The position numbers were made by a program, and so were the translations under genes. From contig CAWEGF010000015.1 in assembly GCA_963808535.1 (NCBI GenBank), positions 22,526-86,525 on the forward strand: a DNA stretch of 64,000 nucleotides, read 5' to 3'. The stretch comes from an uncultured Verrucomicrobiae bacterium. Its GTDB lineage: Bacteria; Verrucomicrobiota; Verrucomicrobiia; Chthoniobacterales; JAFAMB01. Within the stretch, counting starts at the first letter, position 1; every line of letters starts with the position of its first letter. Below are positions 10,375-20,036 of this stretch, piece after piece. The notes under the pieces are model-generated. The model worked only from the letters and a program-made list of their open reading frames with translations. It was not told the origin of the DNA and searched no databases.

Positions 10375-11631
10375 CTATTTGGCTCCCGGTTGGTTGTTTT
10401 TCAAAACTTGGGCGCCAAGTTTATCGATCGCCGAAATGGTGTCCTCAAACTGCCTCCGGCCCGTGGAATAAAGGATTAGTTGCTCGAGCAAATCATTCTG
10501 CAGCAGATTCAATTCGGGTCTGGCCAGATCTTCCGCCACCCATTCCGGAGTCGCCGCCAGGTCGTCCAGCATCGGTTTCAGATACTCCGTGTACTTACCG
10601 TAATTAACGGGGAGATTTTTCATCGGACTTAATAGAGAACCCCCGATGCTTTCGAGATAGCGCTTCGTCGTATCGGGCTCCGCCCACCACAACAACACCT
10701 TCGCGGCGTCTTCATGATTCGGCGATTTTCCAAACCCGATCAAAAATTCTCCACCTGGACAGGCCGCGCGGATCGCGTCCTTAGGAAAATAAGTCGTTCC
10801 GAAGGCGAACGGGGTTCCTCCTTCCACCAGCGTCTTTAATTCCCAATTGCCCGCCCACATCAGAGCGGTCACCCCAGTCTTAAAGAGCGGACCGCCATCT
10901 GTCTTTCCCGGCCAGGAAGAAGTGGGTACCAACTTGGCCTCGATCAAACTCCGGAAATAGGTCAGGGCCTCCTTGGCGGCTTCCGGGTTCGGTAAGATTT
11001 TCTTTCCATCTTCTGAGATCCAACGGCCGTTCGCCTGATAGAGGAGGTTTGACCACCGTTGCACACTGCAGTCATAGGCTACGCCAATCCGGCAGTTTGG
11101 AAGTTTGATAACTTTCTGGAGAGTATCTTTAAAATTAGACCAGTTCCAGACGTGGTCGGGATCGGCTGGAACAGTGACTCCCGCTTGTTTAAAAATTTCC
11201 TTATTGTAGAAGAGGCCGTTAATCGTTGCTTCCAGCGGAATGCCAATCACTTTGTCGCCCGCCTTGATAAAGGCCTGATAACTCGGGAGATAACGGTCTA
11301 GCAACTCGGCCCGGTTGGTGTAGTGCGCCAGATCCAAAGCCTGCTCAGCATAAGTTTGAATATAGGCCGTGGTGACTTCGAGAATATCTGGAGGTTCGCC
11401 GGCGGTCACCAGCGTGTTAATCTTTGCCGTCAACGCGCTGTACTGGACGATCGAAACGTTAAAATCAATACCGGGATGCTGGCGGCTGTAATCCTTCAAA
11501 AGCGACTGGATTAAGTCTTGCGTGCTGGCATTCGCCAACAGCAGCACGGTTAACGTCTTGGCCTCACTCCGTGCTCCCCAAAGCAGAAAATAGAGGAGAA
11601 GGCAAATGATCCGGCGGTAAGATAGTTTCAC
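10375..11631 (-). CDS. Sugar ABC transporter substrate-binding protein (CUT1)
   Basis: Signal peptide; AGEPPDI, LFYNKEIFKQAG; adjacent to permeases. Confidence 0.9.
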   Translation of the reverse strand: MKLSYRRIICLLLYFLLWGARSEAKTLTVLLLANASTQDLIQSLLKDYSRQHPGIDFNVSIVQYSALTAKINTLVTAGEPPDILEVTTAYIQTYAEQALDLAHYTNRAELLDRYLPSYQAFIKAGDKVIGIPLEATINGLFYNKEIFKQAGVTVPADPDHVWNWSNFKDTLQKVIKLPNCRIGVAYDCSVQRWSNLLYQANGRWISEDGKKILPNPEAAKEALTYFRSLIEAKLVPTSSWPGKTDGGPLFKTGVTALMWAGNWELKTLVEGGTPFAFGTTYFPKDAIRAACPGGEFLIGFGKSPNHEDAAKVLLWWAEPDTTKRYLESIGGSLLSPMKNLPVNYGKYTEYLKPMLDDLAATPEWVAEDLARPELNLLQNDLLEQLILYSTGRRQFEDTISAIDKLGAQVLKNNQPGAK

Positions 11632-11704
11632 CTTTGCTCTGGGGTGCAGTTGGGATGCTAGCCTCTTAAGACCTAAAACTCTCGCTTTCGCGATTCTTCG
11701 ATTT

Positions 11705-12466
11705 CTACGGCTCCGCCGGATCAGCGATCACGCCTTCCGGAAGGTAGGGCCGGAGCGTTCCGCACATTCCCCAACTTCGCTTCTCGTCGTCGGGCTGGAT
11801 GGGGACCTCGAACAGTTTTCCCTCGTTCAAATAGTCACTTTTCCCGAGATGCAACTGTTCCAGGAACGTTTTGGTGCGCCGCATCGTTTTCAATGGTCCA
11901 GCTTCCCAAATAGCGCGCCAACCAGATTCTTTTGAGCCGACCAGGCGTACCGCTTGGCGGTAAAAATTGTCGAGAGATTCTTTTCCCGGTTCGGCACAAA
12001 GTAAGCGGAAACCTTCGACCGCTAGATCCCGCCGCTTTCGGGCTGCCTCCGGCGGCTTGCTTAAGGACGGATTGGCCCGCTCTAAAGAGGCTACTTGCCG
12101 GTAGGACTCATCGTCTCGGAGATAAGGAGCAGGAAAGGTCAGCACCGAGTCGCCCTGTTCCGGTAAACCGGCGTTCTCCATCACGGCAAAAATTTCGAGT
12201 TGCGCGTCGGCGTTGATCAAACGGTGGATCACACCGGGGGTAAACCAGACCAGGGATCCCGCCCGCAGCGGAACTTCACGAAATCCGCTCCTGGAAAGGG
12301 TCTGCACGGATCCTCGTCCTTTGATCACCAGGTAGGCCTCGGAACACGCGAAATGCATATGAGGACTACCTCCGGCTAAGCCATCTGCCGCCACACTGTC
12401 GTAGACCTTCAGATGAGTGACCCCGATGGCACCCGGCAACGCTTCAGGTTTGGAACTCGTTTCCAT
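11705..12466 (-). CDS. Cupin-domain protein
   Basis: GSPHMHFACSEAY and FTPGVIHRLIN cupin motifs; ATG at 12466 overlaps upstream gene end. Confidence 0.8.
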   Translation of the reverse strand: METSSKPEALPGAIGVTHLKVYDSVAADGLAGGSPHMHFACSEAYLVIKGRGSVQTLSRSGFREVPLRAGSLVWFTPGVIHRLINADAQLEIFAVMENAGLPEQGDSVLTFPAPYLRDDESYRQVASLERANPSLSKPPEAARKRRDLAVEGFRLLCAEPGKESLDNFYRQAVRLVGSKESGWRAIWEAGPLKTMRRTKTFLEQLHLGKSDYLNEGKLFEVPIQPDDEKRSWGMCGTLRPYLPEGVIADPAEP

Positions 12467-13523
12467 ACAGACTCGCGTATCTCGGATGCCCTGGTCCGAT
12501 CGGGAGAGGCACCGCCACGTTTTTTTCACTGGAGTAGTAAGTGGCCGCAATAATTTCTAAGGCCGCTCGGGCATCAGCCAGCGTGACTGGCAAAACACTC
12601 CCATCTCGCAGCGCCTGATAAAAGTGATAGAACTGGCCTGCATAGCGTTCCGGAACGGGAACGAAATCAGTCAGAGCCTCTTTCATCTGCGCTTCATTTC
12701 GGGTCGCATTAAAGGAAAAATTCCACGGCTCCCGGGAATTAGCGTAGGGTTCAGTGTTGCTCTCCGCGGTCACATTTCGAAAGGTGAACCGATGCCGGGA
12801 GATTTCGGCCAAAGAACCAAGGGTCACTGAAATAGTACCGAGCGAGCCATCGGCCATTTCCATCGAAATGGCGACGCAGTCTTCCACCTCGATCTGGTTC
12901 ACCCGCGTCGTGGTGCGGCCATAGACGCTCTTGGCCGGGCCCAGAATATAGAGGACCATGTCCACGGCGTGAATCGCCTGACTGAGCAACGCTCCGCCAA
13001 GTTCGGTGGCTCGTTTTCCGCGCCACGGGTTTTGGTAGTATTCGCTATCTCGCCACCAAGCCACGTCGACGTTAAAGACGAAGGCGTCGCCGGCCAGTTT
13101 GCGGTCCACCAAGTGTTTGAGTTTCTGCAGACCGTGGCCGAAGCGATATTGAAAGATGGGCATCACCTGTCGACCGGTGTCCTGCGCCAGGCGAGCGATG
13201 GCATCCACCTCCTCCAACCCACCCACCAAGGGCTTTTCGCAGATCACATGTTTGCCCGCTCTGAGGGCGGCCTGAATTTGTTCGAAGTGCAAGCTGGGCG
13301 GAGTGCAAATATCGATCACCTCAATCTGCGGGCGGAGACAGACTTCCTCAAAGCTCTCGATTACCTCCGGCAAGCCGAATTGTTGTGCTACCGGGAGGGC
13401 CCGCTCTCGGTCGACATCGCACAGCCCTTGAACGGCAAAAAGTTCGGGCAGTTCCTGGTAACCCTTGAGATGTTCAACACCGATACCGGAACCGACCACC
13501 ACAACACGGAGAGGATTGCTCAT
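12444..13523 (-). CDS. Gfo/Idh/MocA family oxidoreductase
   Basis: VVGSGIG, GKHVICEKP, GGALLSQAIH. Confidence 0.93.
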   Translation of the reverse strand: MSNPLRVVVVGSGIGVEHLKGYQELPELFAVQGLCDVDRERALPVAQQFGLPEVIESFEEVCLRPQIEVIDICTPPSLHFEQIQAALRAGKHVICEKPLVGGLEEVDAIARLAQDTGRQVMPIFQYRFGHGLQKLKHLVDRKLAGDAFVFNVDVAWWRDSEYYQNPWRGKRATELGGALLSQAIHAVDMVLYILGPAKSVYGRTTTRVNQIEVEDCVAISMEMADGSLGTISVTLGSLAEISRHRFTFRNVTAESNTEPYANSREPWNFSFNATRNEAQMKEALTDFVPVPERYAGQFYHFYQALRDGSVLPVTLADARAALEIIAATYYSSEKNVAVPLPIGPGHPRYASLYGNEFQT

Positions 13524-13589
13524 CGCTGGGGATAAAAGGGTAAACCGCCGGACGCCAACCGAATTTCAACTTGCGCCGCTCGACTCTAA

Positions 13590-13609
13590 ATATATCATAT
13601 ATTATATAT
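13590..13609. promoter_or_regulatory. AT-rich near-palindromic operator candidate in divergent promoter
   Basis: atatatcatatattatatat matches its reverse complement at 18/20 positions; lies between starts at 13523(-) and 13633(+). Confidence 0.5.
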
Positions 13610-13632
13610 GGTCAAGGCCGTTTCCTTTTTTT

Positions 13633-14829
13633 ATGGCTCCGCGCGTTCTTAAGATCATTCTCAACGGGGTGACGGGCCGGATGGGGCGCACTCAGCATCT
13701 GGCTCGCTCGATCATGGCGATTCGCCAGCAAGGCGGGCTCCTCCTGCGCGACGGTCAGATCTTGTGGCCGGAACCGATCCTGGTCGGCCGGAACGAAAGG
13801 CGATTGCGGGCATTGGCCGAAGAGCACGATTTGACCCTCTGGACCACCAACCTCCACGAGGCTTTAGCTGATCCCACCGCGGAGATCTATTTTGACACCC
13901 AGGTAACCGCCGAGCGAGCGTCCGCCGTCAAAGCCGCGATCGCCGCCGGAAAACACGTCTATTGTGAAAAGCCGGTGGCTCACGACTTCCAGACGGCCAG
14001 GGAATTGGCCGAGCTGGCCGTCAAGTCTGGAGTGAAGAATGGCGTCGTCCAAGACAAGCTGTTCCTTCCAGGTCTGCGAAAACTGAAGGCTCTAGTGGAA
14101 AACGGGTTTTTCGGACGGATCCTGTCGGTGCGCGGTGAGTTCGGCTATTGGGTTTTCGAAGGAGATTGGCAAGCGGCCCAGCGGCCATCCTGGAATTACC
14201 GGAAGGAAGAGGGAGGGGGAATCATCGTCGATATGTTTTGTCATTGGCGCTATGTTCTGGACAATCTTTTCGCCCCGGTTCGGGCGGTCTGCGCCTTCGG
14301 GACCACTCATATTCCGCAGCGAGTGGACGAGCACGGTCACTCCTACGCGGCCACCGCGGATGATGCGGCTTACGCGATGTTCGAATTGGAGGGCGGCATT
14401 ATTGCCCAATTGAACTCTTCCTGGTGCGTGCGCGTTTACCGCGATGAATTGCTAGCTCTGCAAGTGGACGGGACCCACGGGAGTGCTGTCGCCGGACTGC
14501 ACTCCTGTCAGGTCCAACACCGGGTCAACACGCCGAAGCCAGTTTGGAATCCAGACCAGACGAATGCCCACAACTTTTTCGCGGACTGGCAAGAAGTTCC
14601 CGATAATCAACAGTTTGATAATGGGTTCAGAGTGCAATGGGAATCATTCATCCGTCATGTTGTCGAAGACGCCCCTTTCAAATTCACTCTCTTCGAAGGA
14701 GCAAAAGGACTCCAGTTGGCTGAAGCCGGTTTGGAATCGTGGCGGCAACGTCGTTGGGTCCGACTCCCTCAGCTTTCCAGTGGAGAAGTATTGCCGGTCA
14801 CTCCTTTCGCCAATGGATCGAACAATTAA
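13633..14829 (+). CDS. Gfo/Idh/MocA family oxidoreductase (DUF993-cluster type)
   Basis: NGVTGRMG, GKHVYCEKP, VQDKLFLPG, RPSWNYR; likely ATG at 13633. Confidence 0.92.
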   Translation: MAPRVLKIILNGVTGRMGRTQHLARSIMAIRQQGGLLLRDGQILWPEPILVGRNERRLRALAEEHDLTLWTTNLHEALADPTAEIYFDTQVTAERASAVKAAIAAGKHVYCEKPVAHDFQTARELAELAVKSGVKNGVVQDKLFLPGLRKLKALVENGFFGRILSVRGEFGYWVFEGDWQAAQRPSWNYRKEEGGGIIVDMFCHWRYVLDNLFAPVRAVCAFGTTHIPQRVDEHGHSYAATADDAAYAMFELEGGIIAQLNSSWCVRVYRDELLALQVDGTHGSAVAGLHSCQVQHRVNTPKPVWNPDQTNAHNFFADWQEVPDNQQFDNGFRVQWESFIRHVVEDAPFKFTLFEGAKGLQLAEAGLESWRQRRWVRLPQLSSGEVLPVTPFANGSNN

Positions 14830-15973
14830 CCTTCCACGGGCGAATGGAACTCTGGAGCCGTATGCCCTGCGTGAACCTCCAGTCTTTACCAAGCCTCTTA
14901 AGTTGGAAAGTCGCACCATCTACGCAGCGGCCCATGTGGTAGCCGATCCCTTGGCCGAAAATGGCCTTGGAGTCCCAGCGGTCCTGGATTGGGACTCCAC
15001 CCTGGCGTTCCGTCATCATCTCTGGTCATCGGGGTTGGGAGTGGCCGAGGCCATGGATACCGCCCAGCGAGGCATGGGACTCGATTGGGGGACGACTAAG
15101 GAATTGATTCGGCGCTCGGCGGCCGAGGCCAAACTGACCCGAAATCCGATTGCCTGCGGAGCTGGTACCGACCAGCTTGCCGAAGGACACCACCACCCTC
15201 TCCCGGACATCGTGCGTGCCTTTCTGGAACAATGCGAGGTCATCGAGACTGCCGAGGCCAGGGTGATCTTGATGGCCAGTAGAGCTTTGGCGGCGAGAGC
15301 GAATCATGCCGATGACTACGAGCAGGTCTACGACGAGATTCTGACGAAAGTTTCACAACCGGTCATCCTGCATTGGCTGGGCGCCATGTTTGATCCTCTC
15401 CTCGACGGATATTGGGGATCGCGAGACCTTGACCAAGCTGCTGAGGTTTGTCTAAGGATTATCGAAAAACACGCCGCCAAAATTGACGGGATCAAGGTTT
15501 CTCTCCTGGACAAAGAACGGGAAATTCGTTTTCGCGAACGACTTCCGATCGGCGTGAAGCTCTACACCGGGGACGATTTCAATTATCCCGAGTTGATCCT
15601 TGGCCAAGGCAACAGTTTCAGCCACGCTTTGCTTGGCATCTTCGACGGCATCGCCGGTGCCGCGGCGGCCGCCGTCTCCGCGCTCGATCAAGGCGACGTC
15701 GCGCTTTTTCGTCAAATCCTCGAACCGACCGTCCCGTTGGCGCGCCATATTTTTCGGACGCCTACCTATTACTATAAGACCGGCCTAACCTTTCTCGCCT
15801 ACCTGAACGGGCATCAGAACCACTTTCGCATGGTCGGTGGTCTGGAATCCGGGCGGTCCCTGATCCATCTTTGTGAACTGTTGGTGCTCGCCGACCAGGC
15901 CGCGGTTCTCCGCGACCCGGTAATTGCGGCCGGACGGATGAGAGGTTTCCTGGCCGCCAATGGACTCCATTAG
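14813..15973 (+). CDS. DUF993 / dihydrodipicolinate-synthase-like TIM-barrel protein
   Basis: YAAAHVVADP, VAEAMDTAQRGMGL, GIKVSLLD, YTGDDFNYPELI; ATG at 14813 overlaps upstream gene end. Confidence 0.85.
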   Translation: MDRTINLPRANGTLEPYALREPPVFTKPLKLESRTIYAAAHVVADPLAENGLGVPAVLDWDSTLAFRHHLWSSGLGVAEAMDTAQRGMGLDWGTTKELIRRSAAEAKLTRNPIACGAGTDQLAEGHHHPLPDIVRAFLEQCEVIETAEARVILMASRALAARANHADDYEQVYDEILTKVSQPVILHWLGAMFDPLLDGYWGSRDLDQAAEVCLRIIEKHAAKIDGIKVSLLDKEREIRFRERLPIGVKLYTGDDFNYPELILGQGNSFSHALLGIFDGIAGAAAAAVSALDQGDVALFRQILEPTVPLARHIFRTPTYYYKTGLTFLAYLNGHQNHFRMVGGLESGRSLIHLCELLVLADQAAVLRDPVIAAGRMRGFLAANGLH

Positions 15974-16076
15974 GGTCACATCTAAATATTCAACATTCGC
16001 CCTCTTCTGCAAAACAAGGTGGGCTTATTGTACTAGTGCGAATGTCGAATATGAATATTTAGATGTGACCCTAATG
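15968..16076. mobile_element. 109-bp MITE-like element with perfect 25-bp terminal inverted repeats
   Basis: cattagggtcacatctaaatattca (15968-15992) is the exact reverse complement of 16052-16076. Confidence 0.65.
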
Positions 16077-16081
16077 ACCTG

Positions 16082-16903
16082 ATGGGTAAGATGAAAACCG
16101 GAAGCCAGCTAAGCATCAATCAATACACCTTACGACAGTGGACGATTCCTCAATTGCTTGCTGGGTGCAGCGCCGAACAGATTCCGTTCGTTTCCTTGTG
16201 GCGTGATAAAGTCGCCGAGACCGGCCTCCAGGAGACCCGGAAGCTGCTGGACGATGCCGGCATTAAAGTTTCCAGTCTTTGTCGCGGAGGTTTCTTTCCC
16301 GCTCCGACCCGCGAGCAGCGAGGCAGGATTTTGGAAGAAAACTATCGAGCGGTCGATGAAGCAGCGGTGCTCGGAGCTGAAGTTCTCGTTCTGGTCTGCG
16401 GAGGGATCGTCAACCACGATCTGGACCAAAGCCGGGCCATGGTGGCGCAAGGTATCGAGAGCTTGCTACCCTATGCAAAGGAGGCCGGGGTCAAGTTGGG
16501 TCTGGAGCCGCTCCACCCGATGTTCGCGGCGGATCGCTCGGTGGTCGTTACTCTAGGCCAAGCCAATGCGATCATCAAATCGCTCAAATCCGAAAGCCTT
16601 GGCGTGGTAATCGACGTTTACCATGTCTGGTGGGATCCTGACCTCTACGCAGAAATCGAGCGCGCCTCACGTCATGTCTTCGGTTTCCACGTCAATGACT
16701 GGATTGTCCCCGTGCCGGATATCTTGAACGGTCGCGGGATGATGGGCGACGGTGTCATCGAGATTAAACGCCTCTGCCAAGCGGTGACCGCCGCCGGCTA
16801 CCGTGGCCCGATCGAGGTGGAGATCTTCAACGATGGGCTTTGGCAACTCGATGGCCACGAATTGCTGCGTTTGGTCAAAGAGCGGTTCCTCACTTATGTC
16901 TAA
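16082..16903 (+). CDS. Sugar phosphate isomerase/epimerase (AP endonuclease 2 / IolE-like)
   Basis: SLCRGGFF, LEPLHPM, DVYHVWWD, FHVND, EVEIF. Confidence 0.9.
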   Translation: MGKMKTGSQLSINQYTLRQWTIPQLLAGCSAEQIPFVSLWRDKVAETGLQETRKLLDDAGIKVSSLCRGGFFPAPTREQRGRILEENYRAVDEAAVLGAEVLVLVCGGIVNHDLDQSRAMVAQGIESLLPYAKEAGVKLGLEPLHPMFAADRSVVVTLGQANAIIKSLKSESLGVVIDVYHVWWDPDLYAEIERASRHVFGFHVNDWIVPVPDILNGRGMMGDGVIEIKRLCQAVTAAGYRGPIEVEIFNDGLWQLDGHELLRLVKERFLTYV

Positions 16904-16952
16904 AACGCTCCCTGACGCAGCGACCAAACTACCGCCGTCCAACTAGATTACT

Positions 16953-17648
16953 ATGCAACCGATCGGTTCATCGCGCAGTAAGAAAGAGTTGGTTAGCGAG
17001 ACTCTTCGCCAAGCCATTCTCAATGGAGAGCTCCTTCCGGGAACCAGACTGGTGATCGATGATCTGGCCAAGCAGCTCGGGGTAAGTCCGATTCCGGTGC
17101 GTGAAGCCTTACAACAGCTGGATGCCGATGGCTATATTGTGCTGGAACCTTATCTGGGGGCTAAAGTGGCGCCGATTGAAGCGGAATCGGTAATCGAGGT
17201 ATTCAGCTTGTTGGAAACGATGGAGGTGGTTAGCAGCCGGACGGCTTGTCAACACATGTCTGAAGCCGATTTCAGCGCTCTTGAGATGATCCTCTTAAAG
17301 ATGGACTCCTTGATCAATGAACCCGAACTCTGGTCCCAGGAAAATCGACATTTTCATAGTTTCATTTGTGAAAAATCGGGCACCCGCTTGATTGGATCTT
17401 TAATGAGCAAAGTGCTCGATCACTGGGATCGGTTACACCGTTATTTTCTGAAGGACGTGTTTGCGCGCCGTCTTCGCCAGGCTCAGCGGGAACATTGGGC
17501 GATCTTGAAATCCCTCCGGACCCGAGATCCTGCGCGGACCGAAGCCGTGGTCCGGCAACACGCCCAAGCCGCCATGGCCGCTTACCAAAGGCATTTGGCG
17601 GCACACCAGAATAGCCGGGGGAGAAAGAAGACCGAAGAAAAGAGATAA
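16953..17648 (+). CDS. GntR (FCD subfamily) transcriptional regulator
   Basis: wHTH LAKQLGVSPIPVREAL; FCD-type NRHFH and EHWAIL. Confidence 0.93.
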   Translation: MQPIGSSRSKKELVSETLRQAILNGELLPGTRLVIDDLAKQLGVSPIPVREALQQLDADGYIVLEPYLGAKVAPIEAESVIEVFSLLETMEVVSSRTACQHMSEADFSALEMILLKMDSLINEPELWSQENRHFHSFICEKSGTRLIGSLMSKVLDHWDRLHRYFLKDVFARRLRQAQREHWAILKSLRTRDPARTEAVVRQHAQAAMAAYQRHLAAHQNSRGRKKTEEKR

Positions 17649-17650
17649 AC

Positions 17651-17802
17651 TACAGATTTCACAGATGACACAGATTACAAAGAGGAGAAAAAAATGAAGC
17701 ACTTGGCCTGGATCAATCGCCGCCTTGCTTGGAAAGAAACAACGCCTGCAGGTTCCCTACCCTCTCCCCTCTTAATCTGTGGAATCTGTGAAATCTGTGG
17801 TT
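17651..17802. repeat. Inverted pair of (cacagatt)-type short tandem repeats
   Basis: tacagatttcacagatgacacagatt at left; aatctgtggaatctgtgaaatctgtgg at right. Confidence 0.65.
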
Positions 17803-17881
17803 AAAATTTCTTTTCCCGAATCTCTAAGGCTATCTCCCCTTGGCATTCGCAAGGGGTCGATGTTAGCCTGATCTCCATCGT

Positions 17882-18475
17882 ATGAAAGCAGTTACTGATT
17901 ATCCCGTTCACGATCTGATTGCCGACCGTTGGAGCCCGTATAGCTTCGCGGATCGATCGGTCAGCGACAAAGATATACGCTCGCTCTTTGAAGCAGCCCG
18001 ATGGGCGCCTTCGTCCTATAACGAGCAACCCTGGAATTATATAGTTGCGAAAAGGGAAGACGCTGCGGAATTTGCCCGCCTGCTCTCGTGTCTGGTGGAA
18101 GGGAACCAAACCTGGGCGAAAGCTTCCTCGCTATTGGTTTTGAGCATTTCCCGATTGAACTCTGCCCGCGACAATCAACCTAATCGGGCGGCTATTCATG
18201 ACATTGGCCTGGCCGCGGCCAATCTCTTGATCGAGTGTACGGCCCGTGGTCTGGTGGTCCACCAAATGATTGGCATTCTCCCAGACAAGGCGCGTGAGCT
18301 GTATTCAATTCCCGAAGGGTATGAGCCGTTGACGGTGGCTGCCATAGGTTACGCCGGCGATCCTAACAATCTGCCTGAAGCAATGCGAGCCCGAGACACC
18401 GCCCGGCGTCCCCGCAAACCATTAGCCGAGTTTGTTTTTGGCGGTAAGTGGGGCGTCACCTCGAAGATCCTCTGA
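17882..18475 (+). CDS. Nitroreductase family protein
   Basis: RWSPYSF, EAARWAPSSYNEQPW. Confidence 0.93.
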   Translation: MKAVTDYPVHDLIADRWSPYSFADRSVSDKDIRSLFEAARWAPSSYNEQPWNYIVAKREDAAEFARLLSCLVEGNQTWAKASSLLVLSISRLNSARDNQPNRAAIHDIGLAAANLLIECTARGLVVHQMIGILPDKARELYSIPEGYEPLTVAAIGYAGDPNNLPEAMRARDTARRPRKPLAEFVFGGKWGVTSKIL

Positions 18476-18597
18476 GGGGGATTCTTGCCCCGGAGGCTAA
18501 AGCCGTTAGCCCAGGGTTTAACCGGGTTTTAACCCTGGGAACTAACGAATGAAAATTCGCCCCGAAAGGGCCTGAAAGCATAGCCCAGGGTATACCC

Positions 18598-19851
18598 GCG
18601 CTAGTTTGTGCAGCGATCTGTCGCCCTGAAGGGGCTAGAAAAGCCCAGGTTTACGTTTACCCTGGGTGTGTTGTTCTATTGCGACGCGCCCTGTAGGGGA
18701 ACCAGAATCGGCCCGCTCCGTGGAGCTTTATACATTCCAGCGCCCGTTCAGGCGCACCTAATTGGGGTTGGCTTGGTAGTTTACAGACCCAAGGCTTCAG
18801 TGTCCCTAATTTTCCTCGGAGCGCAGAGCTCGAGCGCTCAGCGGTTTTGAAGATAGATATAAATCCGGTCCCTCGTGGTATCGGAACCCGCAGCGTTGCC
18901 TAAGACGATTTTCGCCGCCCCTTACAGGGCGGTTTCGCCTAAAAATATAAACCCAGGCTAAAGCCTGGGCTATGCTTTCATGGCCCTTCAGGCCGCGGAT
19001 GAACCCAGTGGTGGTTGCGCTAGTTTGTGCAGCGATCTGTCGCCCTGAAGGGGCTAGAAAGCATAGCCCAGGGTTTACCCTGGGTGTGTTGTTCTATTGC
19101 GACGCGCCCTGTAGGGGCAGCCAGAATCGGCCCGCTCCGTGGAGCTTTATACATTCCAGCGCCCGTTCAGGCGCACCTAATTGGGGTTGGCTTGGTAGTT
19201 TACAGACCCGAGGCTTCAGTGTCCCTAAATTTTCCTCGGCAGCGCAGAGCTCGAGCGCTCAGCGGTTTTGAAGATAGATATAAATCCGGTCCCTCGTGGT
19301 ATCGGAACCCGCGGCGTTGCCTAAGACGATTTTCTGTCGCCCCTACAGGGCGGTTTCGCCTAAAAATATAAACCCAGGCTAAAGCCTGGGCTATGCTTTC
19401 ATGGCCCTTCAGGCCGCGGATGAACCCAGTGGTGGTTGCGCTAGTTTGTGCAGCGATCTGTCGCCCTGAAGGGGCTAGAAAGCATAGCCCAGGGTTTACC
19501 CTGGGTTACCCTGGGTGTATTGTTCTATTGCGGCGCGCCCTGTAGGGGCAGCCAGAATCGGCCCGCTCCGTGGAGCTTTATACATTTCCAGCGCCCGTTC
19601 AGGCGCACCTAATTAGGGTTGGCTTGGTAGTTTACAGACCCGAGGCTTCAGTGTCCCTAATTTTCCTCGGAGCGCAGAGCTCGAGCGCTCAGCGGTTTTG
19701 AAGATAGATATAAATCCGGTCCCTCGTGGTATCGGAACCCGCGGCGTTGCCTAAGACGATTTTCTGTCGCCCCTACAGGGCGGTTTCGCCTAAAAATATA
19801 AACCCAGGCTAAAGCCTGGGCTATGCTTTCATGGCCCTTCAGGCCGCGGAT
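18598..19851. repeat. Three near-identical ~420-bp tandem units, each a REP-tipped inverted-repeat element (family A)
   Basis: Unit start gcgctagtttgtgcagcgatc at 18598, 19017 and 19438; each unit ends ggcccttcaggccgcggat. Confidence 0.9.
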
Positions 19852-20036
19852 CCTCCTTTGTAGAAAACACCAGATTGAAACTTTCAACCTAATGAACTAA
19901 CACCGCTGGATACGTTTAATTTTTAAATCCGTTTTTTCCGGAACTCCGTGTTCTCTGCGTCTTTGTGGTAAATAATTCCCCTCGGTGCCCTTTTAAACTA
20001 TTTTCTATGCGCCTGGCTGGCACTCCCTACCTCTCC

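Noticed and set aside
18480-19851. Possible CRISPR array
   Set aside because: Units are ~420 bp and wholly repeated, with no unique spacers and no cas genes in the window.
18608-19887. ORFs 18608..18850, 18972..19271, 19027..19371 and 19657..19887
   Set aside because: They lie within the palindromic tandem repeat, and frames are not preserved between copies.
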